Assembly (NCBI GenBank): GCA_050916045.1
Contig: CP051526.1
Location: 2,720,001-2,784,000 of the forward strand
Length of the DNA stretch: 64,000 nt
Source of the DNA: Tepidisphaera sp.
GTDB lineage: Bacteria; Planctomycetota; Phycisphaerae; Phycisphaerales; UBA1924
Direction: 5' to 3'
Shown here: piece by piece, positions 39,183-48,566 of the stretch
Position numbering within the stretch: the first letter of the stretch is position 1
How the letters are laid out: each line of letters begins with the position of its first letter
Program-made: the position numbers and the translations under genes
Notes under the pieces: model-generated
What the model was told of the DNA's origin: nothing
Seen by the model: the letters and a program-made list of their open reading frames with translations, nothing else
Database searches by the model: none

Positions 39183-40763
39183 ATGGCGACATCAATTCTT
39201 CTGAGCTGGGTTGGTGTTTCTGACGTTCAGGCCGGATTGGGAACGACGCCCCGCCGGACTTCAGGATCGCCGCTTGCCGCGGTGGCTGGCCACGTCCGGC
39301 CAGAACGGATCTCTCTGCTTTGGGCGGACAGCGAAAAAACGCCGATCGCGAAATCCGAAGCTTGGAAGGCCTGGCTGCTGTCGAGCCTTGAACAGGCAAA
39401 CCTGCGGCCGGTGATCGAGATTCACGACGTATCCGGCGCGGGTAATCCGGTCATGAACTTCGATTGGGTATGGTCGAAGGCGTCCGTCCTCTTCGACCAG
39501 TGCGCCACAGCCGCGGACGACCTCTTCGTAAACACGAGCAGCGGCACCCCCAAAATGGCATTCGTGTGGTGGACCTTGGCGCTCTCGATGGGTCGGCAGC
39601 GAGCTCGCTGTTTCGAGAGCTCACCAGAGAGTGGCGTGGTCGAGGCGAGCGTCCCACGCGCCTTGGAAGTCCGCTTTCTTGAGGACCGACTTACCGGCGG
39701 TGTGTTTGACGTCCTTGAAACTGAAGGTGTCCGATTGCGACCGGACTTCGCGAGAGACTTTGTTGGGGAGTCTGAGTCGATTCGTCGCGTGAAGTTTCAG
39801 GCTCAGGAAGTTTCGAGGTTCACAAAGTACCCCGTTCTGATCCTTGGCCAACCCGGAACAGGCAAATCGACACTTGCGGAAGCGATTCATCGTGAGAGTG
39901 GAAGACCACCGGAGCGATGGCGAGTTGTCGATTGCGGATCACTTCAGGACCCGGTATCCCGCCACCTTTTGGCTGGATGGAAGCGCAATAGTTTTACGGA
40001 CGCGAAAGATGACAGGAAGGGCATCCTCGCGGAAGCTGATGGCGGTTCGGTTTTCCTTGACGAAATCGGCAATGCGCCGATGGAGGCGCAGATTCAGCTT
40101 CTTCGGTTTCTGCAAACTCGCCGAGTGCGTCCGCTTGGTGGCAGTGAATCCGAGCCCTTAGACGTCCGCATTTTGGCGGCTACCAACCTAGACCTTCGAC
40201 GGGCCATTCGTGACGGCACCTTCCGTCAGGACTTATACGATCGACTTCGCTTTGTTGAGATCGTGTTGCCCCCGCTCAGGGAACGGTTGGACGATGTGAT
40301 GCCGCTCGCGGAGGCGGCGCTAGCTCGGTTCAATGTGGAGTGCGCCGAGCAACTGGAACGAATGGGAAGAGGACACCGCAGATTCGGCCCCGGCGTCGAA
40401 CGGGTTTTTCGCCAGCATGACTGGCCGGGCAATGTTCGAGAACTCGAGTTCTTGGTCGCAAGATTGGCCATTTTTGCCGAGCCACACAAGGCGCGGATAT
40501 CCAAGGACGCGGCTGCCAAGGCGATCGCCGCTAGCACCCCGGAGCCATCTGCTGAGGTGCTCGGACGTCCGATCGGTGATGGCTTTGACCTCGAAGCCGT
40601 GCTCAACCAGGTGCGTGGGCACTACATTGCGAGAGCGCTTGAAGGCACAAACGGCAACAAGTCGGCGGGGGCGGCCCAACTCGGGATTGGCAGGACAGCT
40701 CTGCAGACCATGATTCGCAACCTCCCGTCAAACCTCTTGAGCAGGTTACCTCGGGGCGAGTGA
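39183..40763 (+). CDS. RtcR-like sigma-54-dependent activator (CARF-like sensor + AAA+ + Fis HTH)
   Basis: ILLSWVG.SD and VNTSSGTP.M..VW in the N-domain; GQPGTGKS, NSFTDA (GAFTGA loop variant), FLDEIG, FRQDLYDRL, WPGNVREL, GNKSAGAAQLGI. Confidence 0.85.
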   Translation: MATSILLSWVGVSDVQAGLGTTPRRTSGSPLAAVAGHVRPERISLLWADSEKTPIAKSEAWKAWLLSSLEQANLRPVIEIHDVSGAGNPVMNFDWVWSKASVLFDQCATAADDLFVNTSSGTPKMAFVWWTLALSMGRQRARCFESSPESGVVEASVPRALEVRFLEDRLTGGVFDVLETEGVRLRPDFARDFVGESESIRRVKFQAQEVSRFTKYPVLILGQPGTGKSTLAEAIHRESGRPPERWRVVDCGSLQDPVSRHLLAGWKRNSFTDAKDDRKGILAEADGGSVFLDEIGNAPMEAQIQLLRFLQTRRVRPLGGSESEPLDVRILAATNLDLRRAIRDGTFRQDLYDRLRFVEIVLPPLRERLDDVMPLAEAALARFNVECAEQLERMGRGHRRFGPGVERVFRQHDWPGNVRELEFLVARLAIFAEPHKARISKDAAAKAIAASTPEPSAEVLGRPIGDGFDLEAVLNQVRGHYIARALEGTNGNKSAGAAQLGIGRTALQTMIRNLPSNLLSRLPRGE

Positions 40764-40782
40764 ACTGCACAAGGCGGGTCCC

Positions 40783-40815
40783 GCGCGACAGTTTCGAGTC
40801 CTCGTGCACATATAG
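40783..40815 (+). promoter_or_regulatory. Conserved phage motif copy 1: GCGCGACA-N11-TCGTGCACATATAG
   Basis: Exact bipartite match to the copies at 46702 and 59687; upstream of the recombinase module. Confidence 0.75.
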
Positions 40816-40845
40816 GCGGTGTCTCCGAACGCCAAAGGAGCACCG

Positions 40846-41121
40846 ATGCCCGACCCTGCCGAACCGCCACCGAGGCGGCCGAGACATCCCTCTGCGCCCG
40901 TCGTCGATTCCCACACCCGCCACCGTGAACTCGTGGACCTCATGGCCGCCGGCCTCGAGCGCGTGGTCCTGGCCCCCGAGTCATCGGACATCTCTACGCC
41001 CGAGGATTCTCGCGGCGATGGACTTGAACTCCCGCAGTATGCCGCCCTCAGTGTGTCCGCTCGGTTCCCCGGTAGTGAACGCCGGGGTCCGAACGGGTTC
41101 AAACGCGGAGAGTCGGCATGA
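40846..41121 (+). CDS. Small hypothetical protein
   Basis: AAGGAG RBS, ATG 40846, stop overlaps next ATG. Confidence 0.55.
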   Translation: MPDPAEPPPRRPRHPSAPVVDSHTRHRELVDLMAAGLERVVLAPESSDISTPEDSRGDGLELPQYAALSVSARFPGSERRGPNGFKRGESA

Positions 41122-41633
41122 GCATGAAGCAAGAGATCGCGGGTTTAGAAAAGATGACGGTGGGCCAACTGCAGGCCCGGTACGCCGAGGTCTTCGGCGA
41201 GGCGGCGCGGTCGGGCAACCGCCAGTGGCTCTTCCGCCGCGTCGCGTGGCGGATCCAGATGCTGGCCGAGGGGGACCTCTCCGAGCGTGCGAGGGAGCGA
41301 GCCCGCGATTTGGTCCGCGATGCCGATCTTCGCGTCCGCCCGCCGCGGGGGGCGGAGCACGCCGCACTGGCCGCCCAGCCCCAACCGGTCGGCCAGTTGC
41401 GGACGCTCTCCGGCAGGCTGTCGCTCAATCGCGACCCGCGTGTGCCGCCGGCCGGGAGCGTCATTCCCCGCGTCTTCAAGGGGCACGAGTACCGTGTGAT
41501 CGTGCTCCCGCACGGATTTGAGTACGACGGGCAAGTGTTCAAGTCGCTCAGCGCGGTCGCCCACGCGATCACGGGCTCGCACTGGAACGGCCTGCGCTTC
41601 TTCAACCTTGGCGAGCGGGAGAACGCGGAGTGA
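41118..41633 (+). CDS. DUF2924-like protein (recombinase-associated)
   Basis: L..MTV.QLQARY.EVFG...LFRRVAWRIQ; GFEYDGQVFKSLSAVAHAITGSHWNGLRFF. Confidence 0.85.
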   Translation: MSMKQEIAGLEKMTVGQLQARYAEVFGEAARSGNRQWLFRRVAWRIQMLAEGDLSERARERARDLVRDADLRVRPPRGAEHAALAAQPQPVGQLRTLSGRLSLNRDPRVPPAGSVIPRVFKGHEYRVIVLPHGFEYDGQVFKSLSAVAHAITGSHWNGLRFFNLGERENAE

Positions 41634-43201
41634 CCAAGCGACCAGCGGCAACCAAACGGACGGATCTCGAGGAACGTGCGGTGGTCCGCTGCGCGATCTA
41701 CACCCGCAAGAGCAGCGAGGACGGGCTCGAGCAGGACTTCAACTCGCTGGACGCCCAGCGCGAGAGCGCCGAGAACTTCATCGCCAGCCAGAAGCACGCG
41801 GGGTGGGTCTGCCTTCCCGAGAAGTACGACGACGGCGGGTTCACGGGCGGCAACATGGAGCGGCCGGCGGTGCTCCGCCTCATGGCCGACATCCAGGCGG
41901 GCAAGATCGACTGCGTCGTGGTCTACAAGGTGGACCGGCTCTCCCGGTCGCTGATGGATTTCGCGCGGATGATGAGCGAGTTCGAGAAGTTCAGAGTCTC
42001 GTTCGTTTCGGTGACGCAGCAGTTCAATACGACCCACTCGATGGGCCGCTTGACCCTCAACATCCTGCTCTCGTTCGCGCAGTTCGAGCGGGAACTGGTC
42101 AGCGAACGCACGCGGGACAAGATCGCTCTCGCCCGCCAGAAGGGGCGCTGGGGCGGCGGCCCGCCGATCCTCGGCTACGACATCGATGCCCTTCCCGGCG
42201 GCAACCGGCTGGTGGTCAACCCGCGCGAAGCAAAACTCGTGCGAGAGATCTTCGACCTGTACCTGGAATGCAGCTCGGTCCAGAAGACCATCCGGCGGCT
42301 GGACGAGCGCGGCGTCAAGAACAAGGCGTGGACGACCAAGAAGGGCGACGCAAAGGGCGGCAGCGGCTTCGAGAAGTCCACCATGTTCAAGATGCTGACC
42401 AACGTCACGTACATCGGAAAAGTCCGGCACAAGACCGAGGTTTACGACGGGCTCCACGAGGCGATTATCGATGAGGATGTGTTCCGCCGCGTCGGCGAGA
42501 CGCTCCGCGAGAACCGCGTGAAGGAGGGCAAGGGTTACAGCAACAAACACGGCGCGCTGCTCCGCGGGCTGGTGCGCTGCCGGGCGTGCGGCTGCGCGAT
42601 GGGCCACCACTTCGCCACCGACGGGCCTAAGCGCTACCGCTACTACGTCTGCCAGCGGGCTCAGAAGCGCGGCTGGAAAGAGTGCCCCGGGCCGTCACTG
42701 CCAGCGTTCGAGCTCGAGAAGTTCGTCATCGATCAACTGAGAGCGCTCGGCAAGGACGACGGGCTCGTCTCAGAGTCGGTGGTGCGTGCGCAGGAACGGC
42801 TCCGCGCTCAGGCCGAGGCAATGGCCACGGCGCGGGACACCGCCCGCGACCTCCTGGAGCAACGTCGCGTCGAACTGCGGGGGCTTTCAGAAGCGACCGG
42901 CGGGCGCAACGGCTCGGCAGCCCACGCGGGCGGCCTGCGCGAGGAGATCCGCAGGCTCGACGCCGAGGTGCGGAAGCTCGACGCCCGCATCAAGTCGGTC
43001 AACTCCCGCGTGCTCGACGAGGATGAGCTCTCCGGCGCAATTGAATCCTTCGACCCACTGTGGGAGCACCTCACCACGGTGGAACGCGAACGCATGGTCC
43101 AACTACTCGTGCGGCAGGTCGAGTACGACGCCGTCACCGAATCGATCAGCGTGACGTTCCACGACGGAACGTTCACCGACCCTGAGGAGAGCGACCAATG
43201 A
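41630..43201 (+). CDS. Large serine recombinase (integrase)
   Basis: RCAIYTRKSS, SLDAQR, YDDGGFTGG...RP, VYKVDRLSRS, FAQFERE, Zn ribbon CRACG..YYVC, C-terminal coiled coil. Confidence 0.93.
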   Translation: MTKRPAATKRTDLEERAVVRCAIYTRKSSEDGLEQDFNSLDAQRESAENFIASQKHAGWVCLPEKYDDGGFTGGNMERPAVLRLMADIQAGKIDCVVVYKVDRLSRSLMDFARMMSEFEKFRVSFVSVTQQFNTTHSMGRLTLNILLSFAQFERELVSERTRDKIALARQKGRWGGGPPILGYDIDALPGGNRLVVNPREAKLVREIFDLYLECSSVQKTIRRLDERGVKNKAWTTKKGDAKGGSGFEKSTMFKMLTNVTYIGKVRHKTEVYDGLHEAIIDEDVFRRVGETLRENRVKEGKGYSNKHGALLRGLVRCRACGCAMGHHFATDGPKRYRYYVCQRAQKRGWKECPGPSLPAFELEKFVIDQLRALGKDDGLVSESVVRAQERLRAQAEAMATARDTARDLLEQRRVELRGLSEATGGRNGSAAHAGGLREEIRRLDAEVRKLDARIKSVNSRVLDEDELSGAIESFDPLWEHLTTVERERMVQLLVRQVEYDAVTESISVTFHDGTFTDPEESDQ

Positions 43202-43668
43202 GCGCCGGCCTGACCATCACCAGCCAGATCCACTTCTCGATGCGCAACCGCGGCCGCCGCGAGATGAAGCCCGGGCCAGCGCCGATCACCGAGACCACGC
43301 CAGAGGGCAGCGTGCCGCGGGTGTCACGGTTGATGGCGCTGGCGATCAAGATGGACGGGCTGATCCGCTCGGGCGCGGTGCCCGACCAGGGCGATCTGGC
43401 CGCCCTCGGGCACGTCACGCGGGCTCGGGTGACCCAGATTCTGAACCTCACGCTGCTCGCCCCGGACATCCAAGAGGCGATCCTCTTTTTGCCCCGGGTC
43501 CGGCGCGGACGGGACCCCCTGCGGGAAACGCATCTTCGGGAGATTGCGGCCCTTGCCGACTGGTCAGGACAGCGCCGGAAATGGGCGCAAGTGCTTGGAA
43601 AATCGAGCGTTCCGACAGGTCATCCACGCGTCCGAGGAAAACCTGTGGAAGCCCTGTCATGTCCCTAA
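43198..43668 (+). CDS. Recombinase-associated HTH protein
   Basis: LAALGHVTRARVTQILNLTLLAPDIQEAIL; ATGA-coupled to recombinase. Confidence 0.75.
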   Translation: MSAGLTITSQIHFSMRNRGRREMKPGPAPITETTPEGSVPRVSRLMALAIKMDGLIRSGAVPDQGDLAALGHVTRARVTQILNLTLLAPDIQEAILFLPRVRRGRDPLRETHLREIAALADWSGQRRKWAQVLGKSSVPTGHPRVRGKPVEALSCP

Positions 43669-43790
43669 CAATTGCGATTTGACACGGGTACCATGCGGAC
43701 CAACAGAACCCGCACAAACGGCTTCAGCGTGACGCCATCCGGGGGTTCAAACACGCTTCCGGCGGGCGGAGACCGTCGGGGAGGTTTCGT

Positions 43791-44960
43791 ATGTCGTCCA
43801 GCTTCAGATTGCGCCGTTTCTCAAGCCCGTCCATCCTCCGGCAAATCGACCCGGGCCTGCTGGTGAGGTTCCTCGCCGGGCACGCCGAGCGGTGGCCCGC
43901 GCTGCAGAAACTTTTGGCCGCCAGCCCGCTCAACATCGACCGTCTGGCGACGCTCCTCATCGAGCCGGGCGACGATGCGCCCGATCCCCTTCTCGATGCG
44001 CTGTTCTTCGTCGACGAACTCTCCGCCCCGGAGATGTACGAGGACCTGCTCGACGAAGCGCGGCGCGCGGCCATTCCCCTCGGTGAAACACCGAGCCTCT
44101 CACCGGCGGACCTGGCGGTTCGAATCTGGCTTGACGATCCCGAGGTGCTGCAGCGCTACCACGCCGAGCGGTACCTGATCCGCACCAAGAAGTTTGAGCA
44201 CTTCCCCAGCGTTGCCACGCATCTCCCGAGCATCCGCGGCGTGCAGGAGCAGATCATTCAGGGACTGCAGGAGGACCTTGACGCGTACTTCGAGACCCGC
44301 AAGAAGGGTCGCGGCTCGCGGGTCTTCCCGTTCGTGAAGGACGACGCGGTGTGGTTCCTTGTGCGGCATGGCGAGAAGCTGCGGCGCGAGGGGACCATCG
44401 AGAACGGTGAGTCGTCGAGCGTGTTCTACCGGCCCGAGAAATACGACATCGTGATCTTCGATCGGGCCTTGGGCGAGCTCGCGGTTCACGCGGACGCCAA
44501 GGGCGAGACCGAGGAGTACTGCCGCGCATTCGGCAAGCGGCTCTTCAACAGCGAGTCGATCTTCAGCACCGAGGTCAACGGGCGCTTTTCGCTTGCGCCC
44601 ATCATCGATCGCGGGCCCGACTGTCTGGTCTGCTCGGACGTGAACGGCATCGAGTGGGTGCGGCTGACCGAACTCCGCTGGCGGCACGATTGCCAGCAGC
44701 GCCACGTCGAGATCCACCAGGCCGACGATGTGTTTGCGGCGCTCGCCGATATTCGCCGGTCCATTCCCCGGTCGGCCACGCTGCTCAAGGCCGTGTTCAA
44801 GATCAAGTTCACGCACGGCGAGCGCCCGCGATCGGTGGCGATCAAGCCCCCGAACGCGGCGGTCTTCGATCGCGAGTCGGATGCGCCGCTGGTCCACGAC
44901 TGGCTTGCGCGTCGGCGTTTCACGCCGACCTTGCTGAGGGTGGTGGGAAGTGTCGCTTGA
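43791..44960 (+). CDS. Hypothetical protein
   Basis: GGAGG RBS; 389-aa ORF with protein-like composition. Confidence 0.75.
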   Translation: MSSSFRLRRFSSPSILRQIDPGLLVRFLAGHAERWPALQKLLAASPLNIDRLATLLIEPGDDAPDPLLDALFFVDELSAPEMYEDLLDEARRAAIPLGETPSLSPADLAVRIWLDDPEVLQRYHAERYLIRTKKFEHFPSVATHLPSIRGVQEQIIQGLQEDLDAYFETRKKGRGSRVFPFVKDDAVWFLVRHGEKLRREGTIENGESSSVFYRPEKYDIVIFDRALGELAVHADAKGETEEYCRAFGKRLFNSESIFSTEVNGRFSLAPIIDRGPDCLVCSDVNGIEWVRLTELRWRHDCQQRHVEIHQADDVFAALADIRRSIPRSATLLKAVFKIKFTHGERPRSVAIKPPNAAVFDRESDAPLVHDWLARRRFTPTLLRVVGSVA

Positions 44961-45915
44961 TCTCTTCTGGCAGTTCATCGAAGCGCGGCCAACCGGCACA
45001 GCGGTGATGGCGGAATGGAGGGAGCGGTGCGGTTCGGCGCTGCCGGCGATCGAGCCGGTGCTCGCTCCCACCGCGTACCACGCCAGTGCTCACCCGGCTC
45101 CCAAGCCGGGCAGGCCGCCGCTGCGCGTGGTGCGCCATCGCAATGGGCAGCTGGTCGGGGTGTGCGACGAGGGGCGAACCGATCGCGTTGATCTCTCGCT
45201 CGACGATGTCGTGCTCCACGCGGTGAACCCGGGCGAGCTGAGACGGCAACTCTGCGTGGCGCTGAACATCAAGACCGCGCATGAAACTGCTGGCACACTG
45301 CCCGGATCGGTGCGACTTGGGCACTGGGAGCCTCGGCCCGCGCTGCAGATCCCGGTCTTCCTGATCGCGAGCCCCGATGAAGCAACTCTGCTGACGGCAC
45401 TGCACGAGGTGTTAGCAGGAGCCAAGAAGCCGCCGATCGTGCTCACGCCGGGACGGTCGCACTGGAGCGAGCCGGTGAAGGCGGCTGCCGACGCGGCGCG
45501 GGCGACGCTTGCTTCGCTCGGCGAGGTCGTCGCGGCCGACGGGGCCGCGTGGCGGGCCGCAGATGCGTGGCAGGCGTTCCAGTTCGGTCATCTTGAGCGG
45601 GCGGGGCTGGCGACGCCGGCGCAGATCCGTGCCGCCAAGCCAAAGAAGAAGCGGGAGTCGCGGGCTGCCGCGATCGACGGGCTCAAGCGAGAACTCCGCG
45701 AGCACCTGCGTTCGGCCAAGGCGCACTTCCACGCGACAGCCGAGCGGGGCGAGACCAAGCTTCTGCCGCGACCCGAGCAGCAGGACCTGGCCAAACGGCT
45801 GGGCATCTCGAAGGCGACCGTGACGCGCTGCCTCAACAAGGAGCCGGACGCCGAACTCAAGCTCCTGTGGTCGGGCGCGGACAACATCGACTACGTCCGC
45901 AAGTTCAGGGGCTGA
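44950..45915 (+). CDS. Hypothetical protein with C-terminal HTH
   Basis: QQDLAKRLGISKATVTRCL. Confidence 0.75.
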   Translation: MSLDLFWQFIEARPTGTAVMAEWRERCGSALPAIEPVLAPTAYHASAHPAPKPGRPPLRVVRHRNGQLVGVCDEGRTDRVDLSLDDVVLHAVNPGELRRQLCVALNIKTAHETAGTLPGSVRLGHWEPRPALQIPVFLIASPDEATLLTALHEVLAGAKKPPIVLTPGRSHWSEPVKAAADAARATLASLGEVVAADGAAWRAADAWQAFQFGHLERAGLATPAQIRAAKPKKKRESRAAAIDGLKRELREHLRSAKAHFHATAERGETKLLPRPEQQDLAKRLGISKATVTRCLNKEPDAELKLLWSGADNIDYVRKFRG

Positions 45916-45936
45916 GCGGCTGGTTTCAGATCCGCT

Positions 45937-46038
45937 CGGTTTGTGAAACTGAAACTGAGAATCTTGCACGCTGCCCGGGCCGCAAACGCTGGCCCCGGCG
46001 GCGTGCTTGTGCATTTGGCGACGCGCGGTTTGTGAAAC
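45937..46038 (+). repeat. 13-bp direct repeat CGGTTTGTGAAAC (45937, 46026) upstream of sigma-like gene
   Basis: Two exact copies plus extra TGAAAC/GTTTCA half-sites at 45923 and 45950. Confidence 0.65.
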
Positions 46039-46105
46039 CGCCGCGGCGGGTACACGCGGTGCGTCGTGCACCGCATCGACCCATCCCCATCAAGGGAACC
46101 CGCCG

Positions 46106-46702
46106 ATGCCGACTCTTACCAACCCGTCCCGTCCGAATCCAGCTCCAGACGCGCCCAAGTGCCCCGCCGACCCGGCGTGCACCCTCATTGACCAGTACGC
46201 GATGGACCGCATCGAGTATCGCGTCGACCGTCTGCGGAAGGAGTTCGGCCTCAACGCGCAGGACGCCGAAGACCTGACCCAGGACATGCTCGCGGCGCTC
46301 CTGGCCAATGCCCCCCGCTTCGACGAGGCCAAGGCCACAAAGCGCACGTTCGTCTGCCAGGTGCTGGACTACTTCGTGCTGACGTTTGTGCGGAATCGCC
46401 GGATCCGCGACGGCCACTCGGCGATGCGGCCGCTCTCCTTCGACGCCGCCTTCGGCGAGGGCTGCCGCGAGTGCGTCCGCGACGACGGCGGCTCGGACCT
46501 CGTCGACCGAGCGGCACTGCGGATGGACATGGAGGCGGCGCTGGCTCCGCTTTGCCGGCGCGAGCGATTGATCGCCGAGGACCTCAAGCACTACGGGAAT
46601 GTCACGGACGTCGCGCGGGCCCGCACGATGGCACGCGGCAGCGTCTATCGCTGCGTCACGACGATCCGCGAGCGGCTGATCGAGAGCGGCATCGACGAGT
46701 AG
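46106..46702 (+). CDS. Phage-encoded sigma-70/ECF-like factor
   Basis: DAEDLTQD....L....RFD...A...TF region 2; LRMDMEAALAPL...NVTDVARARTMARGSVYR..TIRERL region 4. Confidence 0.75.
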   Translation: MPTLTNPSRPNPAPDAPKCPADPACTLIDQYAMDRIEYRVDRLRKEFGLNAQDAEDLTQDMLAALLANAPRFDEAKATKRTFVCQVLDYFVLTFVRNRRIRDGHSAMRPLSFDAAFGEGCRECVRDDGGSDLVDRAALRMDMEAALAPLCRRERLIAEDLKHYGNVTDVARARTMARGSVYRCVTTIRERLIESGIDE

Positions 46703-46734
46703 CGCGACACTTTGGGCGGGTCGTGCACATATAG
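46702..46734 (+). promoter_or_regulatory. Conserved phage motif copy 2
   Basis: GCGCGACA-ctttgggcggg-TCGTGCACATATAG, upstream of the replication/recombination operon. Confidence 0.75.
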
Positions 46735-46881
46735 GGATCGTCCGACCGCGAGCCCGCCATGACCCCACGCACATCCAGCTCTTTCCGATGGCCGCTCGTC
46801 CGTCTCGGCCAGGGCGATTACGTCCGCGACATCTGGCCCGCGGACCTTGAACACCAGCACCAACACCACAACGGAGAACCC

Positions 46882-47709
46882 ATGAACGCATCGACCTTGA
46901 TGACGCAGATCCGCAAGGGACGCAGCCCCAAGCCCCGCCGCGTGATGCTTTACGGCACGCACGGCATCGGCAAGAGCACGTTTGGCGCGATGGCCGAGCA
47001 GCCCGTGTTCATTCCCACTGAAGACGGCCTTGGCGACATCGACTGCGAGTCGTTCCCGCTTGCCACGAGCCTCGGCCAGGTGATGGCCACGCTCGAGTCG
47101 CTCTACACGAACGACCACGGTTACAAGACCGTCGTCATTGACTCGCTCGACTGGCTGGAGCGGCTCATCTGGGCGGAGGTCTGCTCGGACAAGGGCGTCG
47201 ACTCGATCGAGGACATCGGGTACGCCAAGGGTTACACCTACGCGATCGACAAGTGGCGCGCCGTGCTCGGGGCGCTCGACGCGCTCCGCAGCGACCGCGG
47301 CATCGGCGTGATCCTCATCGCGCACGCCAAGATCGACAAGTTCGAGAACCCCGAGACCGAGCCGTACGACCGCTACAGCCCGCGGCTGCACAAGCTCGCC
47401 AGCGCGCTGGTGCAGGAGTGGTGCGACGAGGTGCTCTTCGCCACCTACCGCGTGCACACCCGCAAGGTCGAGGAGGGGTTCAACAAGGCCAAGCACCAGG
47501 GCATCGGAACGGGCGAGCGGGTCATCCGCACCACCGAGCGGCCGGCGCACGTCGCCAAAAGCCGCCTGCCGCTGCCCGAGGAGATGCCGCTCGATTACCG
47601 CGTCTTCGCTGCGTGCGTGCGCGGCGACGCGGCTCCAAACACCAACACCAGCACGACCGCCGAGTCTGTGACCTCCGCCGAAACCCCATCACCAGAAGAA
47701 GGAGCCTGA
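46882..47709 (+). CDS. AAA_24 ATPase, Sak4-like single-strand annealing protein
   Basis: GGAG RBS; YGTHGIGKST, TVVIDSLDWLE, GYAKGY, ILIAH, EWCD, AKSR. Confidence 0.85.
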   Translation: MNASTLMTQIRKGRSPKPRRVMLYGTHGIGKSTFGAMAEQPVFIPTEDGLGDIDCESFPLATSLGQVMATLESLYTNDHGYKTVVIDSLDWLERLIWAEVCSDKGVDSIEDIGYAKGYTYAIDKWRAVLGALDALRSDRGIGVILIAHAKIDKFENPETEPYDRYSPRLHKLASALVQEWCDEVLFATYRVHTRKVEEGFNKAKHQGIGTGERVIRTTERPAHVAKSRLPLPEEMPLDYRVFAACVRGDAAPNTNTSTTAESVTSAETPSPEEGA

Positions 47710-47712
47710 AGC

Positions 47713-48183
47713 ATGGCAAGTCTGAACGGATTCAACGCCAACGAGGTCGATCCCAACGTGGCCTTCGAGCCGCTCCCGCCCGGGGAGTACCTCGCCGTCA
47801 TCGTCGCCTCCGAGATGAAGGCGACCAAGGTTGGCTCGGGCGAGTACCTGCAGCTGGAACTGGAGGTCATCGACGGAGCCCAGAAGGGCCGCAAGGTCTG
47901 GGACCGGCTGATGCTCAAGCACAGCAACTCGCAGACGGTGGCGATCGCCAAAGGCACGCTCTCGGCGCTGTGCCGAGCCGTCGGCGTGATGCTCCCCAAG
48001 GACAGCAGCGAGCTGCACAACCTGCCGGTGGTCGTGAAGGTCGCGACCAAGAAGCGCGACGACACCGGCGAGCTCACCAACGTCGTCAAGGGCTACGTCA
48101 AGAAGGGCGGCGCGTCACCGGTCGCGGCCCGGCCCGCGGCGGCGGCCACCGGCCCGGGGAGCACGCCTCCTTGGAAACGGTGA
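47713..48183 (+). CDS. DUF669 ssDNA-binding-like protein
   Basis: FEPLPPGEY..I..SE.K.TK...GEYLQLE..V..G..KGRKVWDRL; C-terminal PPWKR. Confidence 0.85.
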   Translation: MASLNGFNANEVDPNVAFEPLPPGEYLAVIVASEMKATKVGSGEYLQLELEVIDGAQKGRKVWDRLMLKHSNSQTVAIAKGTLSALCRAVGVMLPKDSSELHNLPVVVKVATKKRDDTGELTNVVKGYVKKGGASPVAARPAAAATGPGSTPPWKR

Positions 48184-48566
48184 GCCCCGGAGCCAGGTCG
48201 TTCGAGTTGCCCTACCCGCCGTCGGTGAACCACTACTGGCGGCGGGTTGGGCACGCGACGCTGATCAGCCGCGAGGGCCGGCGCTTCCGCAAGGCGGTGT
48301 GCTCGGCCCTCGCGGCTCGGCTGGGGCGTGATCCGCCGCTGGCCGGTCGCCTGGCCGTCCATGTCACGGTCTGCCCGCCCGATCGGCGGCGGCGCGATCT
48401 GGACAACGTGCAGAAGGCCCTGCTCGACGCGCTCGAGCACGGCGGCGTCTACCGCGACGACGCGCAGATCGACCTGCTGGTTGTCGAGCGAGGCCCGGTT
48501 ACTCCAGGAGGCAAGTCCCTTGTCCGCGTTGAAGTCATCACCCAAGCCCGACGCGCCGCCGAGTGA
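48180..48566 (+). CDS. rusA: RusA-family Holliday junction resolvase
   Basis: LPYPPSVNHYWR, PPDRRRRDLDNVQKALLDAL, DDAQI. Confidence 0.88.
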   Translation: MSPGARSFELPYPPSVNHYWRRVGHATLISREGRRFRKAVCSALAARLGRDPPLAGRLAVHVTVCPPDRRRRDLDNVQKALLDALEHGGVYRDDAQIDLLVVERGPVTPGGKSLVRVEVITQARRAAE

